From the NCBI RefSeq assembly GCF_964204645.1, contig NC_134025.1, positions 2,046,001 through 2,110,000 of the forward strand: a DNA stretch of 64,000 nt, given 5' to 3'. The notes under the pieces were generated by a model that worked only from the letters and a program-made list of their open reading frames with translations, did not search any database and had not been told where the DNA came from. Numbering within the stretch: the first letter of the stretch is position 1; each line of letters starts with the position of its first letter. Position numbers and translations under genes: made by a program. Shown piece after piece: positions 50,301 through 62,300 of this stretch. This stretch comes from Tubulanus polymorphus. Lineage: Eukaryota; Animalia; Nemertea.

Positions 50301-53300
50301 AGCATGTCTACTGGACCAACTAGCAGTTTCTCTACAGGACCAACAACTGCAAGCATGTCTACTGGACCAACTAGCAGTTTCTCTACAGGACCAACTAGCA
50401 GTTTCTCTACAGGACCAACAACTGCAAGCATGTCTACTGGATCAATGAGTAGTGTCTCTACTGGGCCAACTAGCAGTTTCTCGACAGGACCAACAACTGC
50501 AAGCACGTCTACTGGACCAACTAGCAGTTTCTCTACGGGACCAACAACTGCAAGCATGTCTACTGGACCAACTAGTAGTTTCTCAACCGGGCCAACAACT
50601 GCAAGCATGTCAACCGGACCAACAAGCAGTTTCTCTACAGGACCAACAACTGCAAGCATGTCTACTGGACCAACTAGCAGTTTCTCAACCGGGCCAACAA
50701 CTGCAAGCATGTCTACTGGACCAACTAGCAGTTTCTCTACAGGACCAACTAGCAGTTTCTCTACAGGACCAACAACTGCAAGCATGTCTACTGGATCAAT
50801 GAGTAGTGTCTCTACTGGGCCAACTAGCAGTTTCTCGACAGGACCAACAACTGCAAGCACGTCTACTGGACCAACTAGCAGTTTCTCTACGGGACCAACA
50901 ACTGCAAGCATGTCTACTGGACCAACTAGTAGTTTCTCAACCGGGCCAACAACTGCAAGCATGTCTACTGGGCCAACTAGCAGTTTCTCTACCGGGCCAA
51001 CTAGTAGTTTCTCTACGGGGCCAACTAGCAGCTTCTCTACAGGACCAACTAGCAGTTTCTCAACCGGGCCAACAACTGCAAGCATGTCTACTGGACCAAC
51101 TAGCAGTTTCTCGTCAGGGCCAACAACTCCAAGCATGTCTACTGGATCAATGAGTAGTGTCTCTACTGGGCCAACTAGCAGTTTCTCAACCGGGCCAACA
51201 ACTGCAAGCATGTCTACTGGACCAACTAGCAGTTTCTCGACAGGACCAACAACTGCAAGCACGTCTACTGGACCAACTAGCAGTTTCTCTACAGGGCCAA
51301 CTAGTAGTTTCTCTACAGGGCCAACTAGCAGCTTCTCTACAGGACCAACTAGCAGTTTCTCTACCGGGCCAACAACTGCAAGCATGTCTACTGGACCAAC
51401 TAGCAGTTTCTCTACAGGACCTACGAGCAGTTACTCTACGGGACCAACTAGCAGTTTCTCTACTGGACCAACAACTGCAAGCATGTCTACTGGATCAATG
51501 AGTAGTGTCTCTACCGGACCAACAAGTAGTTTCTCAACTGGACCAACAACTCCAAGCATGTCTACTGGACCAACTAGCAGTTTCTCTACCGGGCCAACTA
51601 GTAGTTTCTCTACTGGGCCTACGAGCAGTTACTCAACTGGACCAACTAGCAGTTTCTCTACAGGACCTTCGAGCAGTTTCTCCACCGGACCAACTAGCAG
51701 TTACTCTACTGGACCAACTAGTAGTGTCTCTACCGGACCAACAAGTAGTTTCTCTACTGGGCCAACAACTGCAAGCATGTCTACTGGACCAACTAGCAGT
51801 TTCTCTACTGGGCCAACAACTGCAAGCATGTCTACTGGACCAACTAGCAGTTTCTCTACAGGACCTACGAGCAGTTTCTCTACCGGACCAACTAGCAGTT
51901 TCTCTACTGGTCCTACGAGCAGTTACTCTACGGGACCAACTAGCAGTTTCTCTACTGCATCAACAACTGCAAGCATGTCTACTGGATCAATGAGTAGTGT
52001 CTCTACCGGACCAACAAGTAGTTTCTCAACTGGACCAACAACTCCAAGCATGTCTACTGGACCAACTAGCAGTTTCTCTACCGGGCCAACTAGTAGTTTC
52101 TCTACTGGGCCTACGAGCAGTTACTCAACTGGACCAACTAGCAGTTTCTCTACCGGGCCAACTAGTAGTTTCTCTACTGGGCCTACGAGCAGTTACTCAA
52201 CTGGACCAACTAGCAGTTTCTCTACCGGGCCAACTAGCAGTTTCTCTACTGGGCCAACAACTGCAAGCATGTCTACTGGACCAACTAGCAGTTTCTCTAG
52301 TGGACCAACAACTGCAAGCATGTCTACTGGACCAACTAGCAGTTTCTCTACAGGACCTACGAGCAGTTTCTCTACCGGACCAACTAGCAGTTTCTCGACA
52401 GAATCAACTAGTAGTTTCTCGACAGGATCAACAAGTAGTGTGTCTACTGGACCAACTAGCAGTTACTCAACCGGGCCAACTAGCAGTTTCTCCACTGGAC
52501 CTACGAGCAGTTACTCTACTGGACCTACGAGCAGTTTCTCTACCGGACCAACTAGCAGTTTCTCTACCGGGCCAACTAGCAGTTTCTCGACAGGATCAAC
52601 AAGTAGTGTGTCTACTGGACCAACCAGCAGTTTCTCTACAGGACCAACCACTGCAAGCATGTCTACTGGACCAACTAGCAGCTTCTCTACAGGACCAACC
52701 ACTGCAAGCATGTCTACTGGACCAACTAGCAGTTTCTCTACAGGGCCAACTAGCAGCTTCTCTACAGGACCAACTAGCAGTTTCTCAACCGGGCCAACAA
52801 CTGCAAGCATGTCTACTGGATCAATGAGTAGTGTCTCTACTGGACCAACTAGTAGTTTCTCAACCGGGCCAACAACAGGAAGCATGTCTACTGGACCAAC
52901 TAGCAGCTTCTCTACAGGACCAACCACTGCAAGCATGTCAACTGGACCAACGAGCAGTTTCTCTACTGGACCAACTAGCAGTTTCTCGACAGGGCCAACA
53001 ACTGCAAGCATGTCTACTGGACCAACGAGCAGTTTCTCTACAGGACCAACCACTGCAAGCATGTCTACTGGACCAACGAGTAGTTTCTCTACTATGCCAA
53101 CAAGTAGTGTCTCTACTGGACCAACAACTGCAAGCATGTCTACTGGACCAACTAGCAGCTTCTCTACAGGACCAACCACTGCAAGCATGTCTACTGGACC
53201 AACGAGTAGTTTCTCTACTATGCCAACAAGTAGTGTCTCTACTGAACCAACAACTGCAAGCATGTCTACTGGATCAACTAGCAGTTTCTCAACCGGGTCG

Positions 53301-56300
53301 ACAACTGCAAGCATGTCTACTGGACCAACTAGCAGTTTCTCTACAGGACCAACTAGCAGCTTCACTACTGGACCGACAACTCCAAGCATGTCTACTGGAC
53401 CAACTAGCAGTTTCTCAACAGGGACAACAACTCCAAGCATGTCTACTGGATCAACGAGTAGTTTCTCTACTGGACCTACGAGCAGTTACTCTACTGGACC
53501 AACTAGTAGTTTCTCTACTGGGCCAACAACTCCAAGCATGTCTACTGGATCAATGAGTAGTGTCTCCACCGGACCAACTAGCAGTTTCTCGAGTGGGCAA
53601 ACAACTGCAAGCATGTCTACTGGACCAACTAGCAGTTTCTCTACAGGACCTACGAGCAGTTTCTCTACCGGGCCAACTAGCAGTTTCTCTACCGGACCAA
53701 CTAGCAGTTTTTCGACAGGATCAACTAGTAGTTTCTCGACAGGATCAACAAGTAGTGTGTCTACTGGACCAACTAGCAGTTACTCAACCGGGCCAACTAG
53801 CAGTTTCTCCACTGGACCTACGAGCAGTTACTCTACTGGACCTACGAGCAGTTTCTCTACCGGACCAACTAGCAGTTTCTCTACCGGACCAACTAGCAGT
53901 TTCTCTACTGGTCCTACGAGCAGTTACTCTACGGGACCAACTAGCAGTTTCTCTACTGGACCAACAACTGCAAGCATGTCTACTGGATCAATGAGTAGTG
54001 TCTCTACCGGACCAACAAGTAGTTTCTCAACTGGACCAACAACTCCAAGCATGTCTACTGGACCAACTAGCAGTTTCTCTACCGGGCCAACTAGTAGTTT
54101 CTCTACTGGGCCTACGAGCAGTTACTCAACTGGACCAACTAGCAGTTTCTCTACAGGACCTTCGAGCAGTTTCTCTACCGGACCAACTAGCAGTTACTCT
54201 ACTGGACCAACTAGTAGTGTCTCTACCAGACCAACAAGTAGTTTCTCTACTGGGCCAACAACTGCAAGCATGTCTACTGGACCAACTAGCAGTTTCTCTA
54301 CAGGACCTACGAGCAGTTTCTCTACCGGACCAACTAGCAGTTTCTCGACAGGATCAACTAGTAGTTTCTCGACAGGATCAACAAGTAGTGTGTCTACTGG
54401 ACCAACTAGCAGTTACTCAACCGGGCCAACTAGCAGTTTCTCCACTGGACCAACTAGCAGTTTCTCTACTGGACCTACGAGCAGTTTCTCTACCGGACCA
54501 ACTAGCAGTTTCTCTACCGGGCCAACTAGTAGTTTCTCGACAGGATCAACAAGTAGTGTGTCTACTGGACCAACTAGCAGTTACTCAACCGGGCTAACTA
54601 GCAGTTTCTCCACTGGACCTACGAGCAGTTACTCTACTGGACCAACTAGTAGTATCTCTACTGGGCCAACAACTCCAAGCATGTCTACTGGATCAATGAG
54701 TAGTGTCTCCACCGGACCAACTAGCAGTTTCTCTACCGGGCCTACTAGCAGTTTCTCCACTGGACCTACGAGCAGTTACTCCACGGGACCAACTAGTAGT
54801 TTCTCTACTGGACCAACAACTGTAAGCATGTCTACTGGGTCAATGAGTAGTGTCTCTACCGGACCAACAAGTAGTTTCTCAACTGGACCAACAACTCCAA
54901 GAATGTCTACTGGACCAACTAGCAGTTTCTCTACCGTGCCAACTAGCAGTTTCTCTACAGGACCAACTAGTAGTGTCTCTACCAGACCAACAAGTAGTTT
55001 CTCTACTGGGCCAACAACTGCAAGCATGTCTACTGGACCAACTAGCAGTTTCTCTACAGGACCTACGAGCAGTTTCTCTACCGGACCAACTAGCAGTTTC
55101 TCTACTGGTCCTACGAGCAGTTACTCTACGGGACCAACTAGCAGTTTCTCTACTGGACCAACAACTGCAAGCATGTCTACTGGATCAATGAGTAGTGTCT
55201 CTACCGGACCAACAAGTAGTTTCTCAACTGGACCAACAACTCCAAGCATGTCTACTGGACCAACTAGCAGTTTCTCTACCGGGCCAACTAGTAGTTTCTC
55301 TACTGGGCCTACGAGCAGTTACTCAACTGGACCAACTAGCAGTTTCTCTACAGGACCTTCGAGCAGTTTCTCCACCGGACCAACTAGCAGTTACTCTACT
55401 GGACCAACTAGTAGTGTCTCTACTGGACCAACTAGCAGTTTCTCCACTGGACCTACGAGCAGTTACTCTACTGGACCAACTAGCAGTTTCTCTAGTGGGC
55501 CAACAACTGCAAGCATGTCTACTGGACCAACTAGCAGTTTCTCTACAGGACCTACGAGCAGTTTCTCTACCGGACCAACTAGCAGTTTCTCTACTGGTCC
55601 TACGAGCAGTTACTCTACGGGACCAACTAGCAGTTTCTCTACTGGACCAACAACTGCAAGCATGTCTACTGGATCAATGAGTAGTGTCTCTACCGGACCA
55701 ACAAGTAGTTTCTCAACTGGACCAACAACTCCAAGCATGTCTACTGGACCAACTAGCAGTTTCTCTACCGGGCCAACTAGTAGTTTCTCTACTGGGCCTA
55801 CGAGCAGTTACTCAACTGGACCAACTAGCAGTTTCTCTACAGGACCTTCGAGCAGTTTCTCCACCGGACCAACTAGCAGTTACTCTACTGGACCCACTAG
55901 TAGTGTCTCTACTGGACCAACTAGCAGTTTCTCCACTGGACCTACGAGCAGTTACTCTACTGAACCAACTAGCAGTTTCTCTAGTGGGCCAACAACTGCA
56001 AGCATGTCTACTGGACCAACTAGCAGTTTCTCTACAGGACCTACGAGCAGTTTCTCTACCGGACCAACTAGCAGTTTCTCGACAGGATCAACTAGTAGTG
56101 TATCTACTGGACCAACTAGTAGTTCCTCTACAGGATCAACAAGTAGTGTGTCTACTGGACCAACTAGCAGTTACTCAACCGGGCCAACTAGCAGTTTCTC
56201 CACTGGACCTACGAGCAGTTACTCTACTGGACCTACGAGCAGTTACTCCACGGGACCAACTAGTAGTTTCTCTACTGGGCCAACAACTCCAAGCGTGTCT

Positions 56301-57195
56301 ACTGGACCAACTAGCAGTTACTCAACTGGGCCAACTAGCAGTTTCTCCACTGGACCTACGAGCAGTTACTCTACTGGACCAACTAGTAGTTTCTCTACTG
56401 GGCCAACAACTGCAAGCATGTCTACTGGACCAACTAGCAGTTTCTCTACTGGACCTACGAGCAGTTTCTCTACCGGACCAACTAGCAGTTCCTCTACCGG
56501 GCCAACTAGCAGTTTCTCGACAGGATCAACAAGTAGTGTGTCTACTGGACCAACTAGCAGTTACTCAACCGGGCCAACTAGCAGTTTCTCCACTGGATCT
56601 ACGAGCAGTTACTCTACTGGACCTACGAGCAGTTTCTCTACCGGACCAACTAGCAGTTTCTCTACCGGACCAACTAGCAGTTTCTCGACAGGATCAACAA
56701 GTAGTGTGTCTACTGGACCAACTAGCAGTTACTCAACCGGGCCAACTAGCAGTTTCTCTACCGGGCCAACTAGCAGTTACTCTACTGGACCTACGAGCAG
56801 TTTCTCTACCGGACCAACTAGCAGTTTCTCGACAGGATCAACAAGTAGTGTGTCTACTGGACCAACTAGTAGTTTCTCTACTGGGCCAACAACTGCAAGC
56901 ATGTCTACGGGACCAACTAGTAGTTTCTCTACTGGGCCAACAACTGCAAGCATGTCTACTGGACCAACTAGCAGTTTCTCTACAGGACCTACGAGCAGTT
57001 TCTCTACCGGGCCAACTAGCAGTTTCTCTACAGGATCAACAAGTAGTGTGTCTACTGGACCAACTAGTAGTTTCTCTACAGGATCAACAACTGCAAGCAT
57101 GTCTACTGGACCAACTAGCAGCTTCTCTACAGGACCTACGAGCAGTTTCTCTACTGGACCAACATCTTCCTTATCAACCCAATCTACTGTTCCAG
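47392..57195 (+). CDS. Giant mucin PTS exon 3 (9,804 nt; STGPTSSF / STGPTTASM repeats)
   Basis: atttag|TT at 47392; donor CCAG|gtattc at 57196; phase 1-1; 3272-aa track ORF. Confidence 0.85.
47410..57165 (+). repeat. Coding minisatellite with interleaved 24-bp and 27-bp units
   Basis: Directly visible; core tctactggaccaact. Confidence 0.95.
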
Positions 57196-57272
57196 GTATT
57201 CCTTCTTTTCCTTTTCTGTAATCAAGTTGTATTTTAATTGTACGGGTCTGTTTATATTATATGTGTTTTCAG

Positions 57273-57520
57273 CACCATGTACTAAGGTCAATGGAATGGA
57301 AAATGAAGCGTTTATTGATAATGACGACATTGTTTTGATTGGTAGTAATAACTCTGTAGAAGATGTGCGCCCATCTGGATCTGGGGCACAATCAAACTTA
57401 CCATTTACATCTGTTACAATTGCCATCAGTAATATTCCTATACAGATCGGAAAGATCATTCTTGACACCACTGGAACTGACACATATACAGTCGATGTTG
57501 ATGGAAAACCTTTAAATGAA
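57273..57520 (+). CDS. Exon: divergent F5/8C-like N-half (paralog of exon G)
   Basis: ttttcag|CA...GAA|gtaagg; APCTKVNGMENEAFIDNDDIV...VRP. Confidence 0.8.
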
Positions 57521-57654
57521 GTAAGGCTAAAAATATGTATTTCCTAGGTTATCCTTACCTTAGCACCGAAACGATAGTTACATTTGTAACCTTGTACCAT
57601 TCATTTTAAACCGACCTCAAAATTGCACTTCATTCGGTGGATTAACATTTTCAG

Positions 57655-57826
57655 GATGATGTGATCAATTCAGTTGAAAATGGCAATTTCCCCCCCAACG
57701 AACCACTGATATTGAACGACAATATCTTTGGCAAGGAAGTGAAAATAACTTTAACCAAAAGAGCTGATTCCCCGTCACAAACATTTAAGACATCTATATT
57801 TGCATGTTTTGAACAAACAACATCAG
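57655..57826 (+). CDS. Exon: divergent F5/8C-like C-half (paralog of exon H)
   Basis: tttcag|GAT...G|gtttgt; GKEVKITLTK...IFACFE. Confidence 0.8.
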
Positions 57827-58189
57827 GTTTGTAACGACCACATATTGGACATTAAGGTGTATTTCAAGCAACGGCTGTTGCGTATTTGTAAATGAAACTA
57901 TGTAAAATGAAAATAATGATATGTCATTAGATGCACCCTTGGAACTTTTCTTTGTACATGTACTAAAGTTACGATGCGAATGCATTTGTTATCATAATCA
58001 ACATATTTTGCACTGTATTTCTAATAAATTAGCACATTTTCATGCTTTTTTGTGTTGATAATCGGATTTGTACGGATCTTTTACACACCACGTCTTATCT
58101 CTAACCACGTCTTGTCTCTTTCACATGTATTCAGTAGCGTTCAGGTATATGCGATACATTAATACCGAATTTATGTTTATTTTCATAAG

Positions 58190-58255
58190 CATTCTCAACT
58201 GTGACGTCAACCATATCGGCATCAACGTCAACCATAGAAACTACAAGCTTCACAC
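58190..58255 (+). CDS. Exon: Ser/Thr-rich linker (66 nt)
   Basis: cataag|CA...C|gtaagt; phase 1-1; AFSTVTSTISASTSTIETTSFT. Confidence 0.65.
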
Positions 58256-59114
58256 GTAAGTTAAAGATTTATTTTGATACAAGTAACATCATCGCACAAT
58301 ATTCCAACGAAGTTGCATAGATATTCGAGTGTTTATTTCGAATAATATGAATTAAACTGTTTTTGCCGTATTTTTCAATACACTATTTGTTATGAGATGC
58401 ATTACTGAAAGCCCTGTCTTGTAAGTCATCAGAGCGTCTACGATGGACACTAGATATAGCAAAGAAATATCCTCGTTTCTCATCCAAGCCAAATCCCGCG
58501 AGCATGTTTTTTTTTAAATTACTTTTTATAATCTTTTATAAACTTTATTTCAATGTATTCAAATGACATAACATAATATCTTTATGATTTCTAACATTCT
58601 ATTGATGTGATTTTATTACCATAATTCGTATCTTTTTTTCTACTGTGTTTCAAGTGTCTATTATAAAAGCTAAATAATAAAATATATAAATTTCCACACA
58701 AAATATAAACGATATAAATTCCCAAACTAATCACATTGAAAAACACCAAGAATCTTTGTAAGTCAAACTTATTTTTTTTTCATATAGAATGTTTATAAAG
58801 AAAGTTCCGCATCTAAACGGTCTATTACGATCCGTGGGTATCCATAAATACGACACCGCCATTCTTGATAATGCTGTATAAACCTAATATAATTGCATTA
58901 TAGACAAATCGATGCATCGTCATAAGTGCTTTTAATACATTATCATATCGTATTGATAATTTAAGTATATAAAAGGTGTTCTATAGTTTAATGCATAGCT
59001 AGCTGGGCTCAGCACACTTGGATTTTTTCCTCGCAAACCGAAGAAAACGATAAATTTATGTCACGAACGCCTCTATAGACTAGTATTTGTATAATCTACA
59101 TTAATACAAATTCC

Positions 59115-59160
59115 GTCATCCTCATCATCGTCGTCGTCATCGTCATCATCTCTCTCTCTC
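59115..59160. repeat. Intronic compound microsatellite (TCA/TCG)n(TC)n
   Basis: gtcatcctcatcatcgtcgtcgtcatcgtcatcatctctctctctc. Confidence 0.7.
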
Positions 59161-59334
59161 TTAGGGATTTAAAAATGCAATAATATTTCTCGTACATGAA
59201 TGATATCAAGAATGTTAAATGAACTAGTTTCTACTGGATTGGCCTGAAACTATACACCGAGTGTCTCTAACGAAATGTAAACCAGACTCACTATGTTTGA
59301 AATGTGATAACAATCAGTGCCACATATTCTTCAG

Positions 59335-62300
59335 AAACAAGCAGTTTCTCTACTGCACCAACGAGCAGTTACTCAACTAGACCAACAAGCAGTTTCTCGA
59401 CAGGACCAACTAGCAGTTTCTCTACTGCACCAACAAGCAGTTTCTCTACAGGATCAACAACTGCAAGCATGTCTACTGGATCAATGAGTAGTGTCTCTAC
59501 TGGACCAACGAGTAGCTTCTCTACAGAGCCAACTAGCAGTTTCTCTACCGGGCCAACTAGCAGTTTCTCCACAGGATCAACAAGTAGTGTGTCTACTGGA
59601 CCAACTAGTAGTTTCTCTACAGGATCAACAAGTAGTGTGTCTACTGGACCAACTAGTAGTTTCTCTACAGGATCAACAAGTAGTGTGTCTACTGGACCAA
59701 CTAGCACATACTCAACCGGGCCAACTAGCAGTTTCTCCACTGGACCTACCACTGGACCTACGAGCAGTTACTCTACTGGACCTACGAGCAGTTTCTCTAC
59801 CGGGCTTACTAGCAGTTTCTCGACAGGATCAACAAGTAGTGTGTCTACTGGACCAACTAGCAGTTATTCAACCGGGCCAACTAGCAGTTTCTCCACTGGA
59901 CCTACGAGCAGTTACTCCACGGGACCAACTAGTAGTTTCTCTACTGGGCCAACAACTCCAAGCGTGTCTACTGGACCAACTAGCAGTTACTCAACTGGGC
60001 CAACTAGCAGTTTCTCCACTGGACCTACGAGCAGTTACTCTACTGGACCAACTAGTAGTTTCTCTACTGGGCCAACAACTGCAAGCATGTCTACTGGACC
60101 AACTAGCAGTTTCTCTACTGGACCTACGAGCAGTTTCTCTACCGGACCAACTAGCAGTTTCTCTACCGGGCCAACTAGCAGTTTCTCGACAGGATCAACA
60201 AGTAGTGTGTCTACTGGACCAACTAGCAGTTATTCAACCGGGCCAACTAGCAGTTTCTCCACTGGACCTACGAGCAGTTACTCCACGGGACCAACTAGTA
60301 GTTTCTCTACTGGGCCAACAACTGCAAGCATGTCTACTGGACCAACTAGCAGTTACTCAACTGGGCCAACTAGCAGTTTCTCCACTGGACCTACGAGCAG
60401 TTACTCTACTGGACCAACTAGTAGTTTCTCTACTGGGCCAACAACTGCAAGCATGTCTACTGGACCAACTAGCAGTTTCTCTACTGGACCTACGAGCAGT
60501 TTCTCTACCGGACCAACTAGCAGTCTCTCTACCGGGCCAACTAGCAGTTTCTCGACAGGATCAACAAGTAGTGTGTCTACTGGACCAACTAGCAGTTATT
60601 CAACCGGGCCAACTAGCAGTTACTCCACTGGACCTTCGAGCAGTTACTCCACGGGACCAACTAGTAGTTTCTCTACTGGGCCAACAACTGCAAGCGTGTC
60701 TACTGGACCAACTAGCAGTTACTCAACTGGGCCAACTAGCAGTTTCTCCACTGGACCTACGAGCAGTTACTCTACTGGACCAACTAGTAGTTTCTCTACT
60801 GAGCCTACGAGCAGTTACTCTACTGGACCTACGAGCAGTTTCTCTACCGGACCAACTAGCAGTTTCTCTACCGGGCCAACTAGCAGTTTCTCCACAGGAT
60901 CAACAAGTAGTGTGTCTACTGGACCAACTAGTAGTTTCTCTACAGGATCAACAAGTAGTGTGTCTACTGGACCAACTAGTAGTTCCTCTACAGGATCAAC
61001 AAGTAGTGTGTCTACTGGACCAACTAGCAGTTACTCAACCGGGCCAACTAGCAGTTTCTCCACTGGACCTACGAGCAGTTACTCTACTGGACCTACGAGC
61101 AGTTTCTCTACCGGACCAACTAGCAGTTTCTCGACAGGATCAACAAGTAGTGTGTCTACTGGACCAACTAGCAGTTATTCAACCGGGCCAACTAGCAGTT
61201 TCTCCACTGGACCTACGAGCAGTTACTCCACGGGACCAACTAGTAGTTTCTCTACTGGGCCAACAACTCCAAGCGTGTCTACTGGACCAACTAGCAGTTA
61301 CTCAACTGGGCCAACTAGCAGTTTCTCCACTGGACCTACGAGCAGTTACTCTACTGGACCAACTAGTAGTTTCTCTACTGGGCCAACAACTGCAAGCATG
61401 TCTACTGGACCAACTAGCAGTTTCTCTACTGGACCTACGAGCAGTTTCTCTACCGGACCAACTAGCAGTTTCTCTACCGGGCCAACTAGCAGTTTCTCGA
61501 CAGGGTCAACAAGTAGTGTGTCTACTGGACCAACTAGCAGTTACTCAACCGGGCCAACTAGCAGTTTCTCCACTGGACCTACGAGCAGTTACTCTACTGG
61601 ACCTACGAGCAGTTTCTCTACCGGACCAACTAGCAGTTTCTCTACCGGACCAACTAGCAGTTTCTCGACAGGATCAACAAGTAGTGTGTCTACTGGACCA
61701 ACTAGCAGTTACTCAACCGGGCCAACTAGCAGTTTCTCTACCGGGCCAACTAGCAGTTACTCTACTGGACCTACGAGCAGTTTCTCTACCGGACCAACTA
61801 GCAGTTTCTCGACAGGATCAACAAGTAGTGTGTCTACTGGACCAACTAGTAGTTTCTCTACTGGGCCAACAACTGCAAGCATGTCTACTGGACCAACTAG
61901 CAGTTTCTCTACAGGACCTACGAGCAGTTTCTCTACCGGAATAACTAGCAGTTTCTCGACAGGATCAACCAGTAGAGTATCTACTGGACCAACTAGCAGT
62001 TTCTCCACTGGACCTACGAGCAGTTACTCTACTGGACCAACTAGTAGTTTCTCTACTGGGCCAACAACTGCAAGCATGTCTACTGGACCAACTAGCAGTT
62101 TCTCTACTGGACCTACGAGCAGTTTCTCTACCGGACCAACTAGCAGTTTCTCTACCGGGCCAACTAGCAGTTTCTCGACAGGATCAACAAGTAGTGTGTC
62201 TACTGGACCAACTAGCAGTTATTCAACCGGGCCAACTAGCAGTTTCTCCACTGGACCTACGAGCAGTTACTCCACGGGACCAACTAGTAGTTTCTCTACT

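Noticed and set aside
58135-58150. Possible microexon before CAG|gtatat
   Set aside because: Candidate lengths of 10 or 7 nt would shift the frame.
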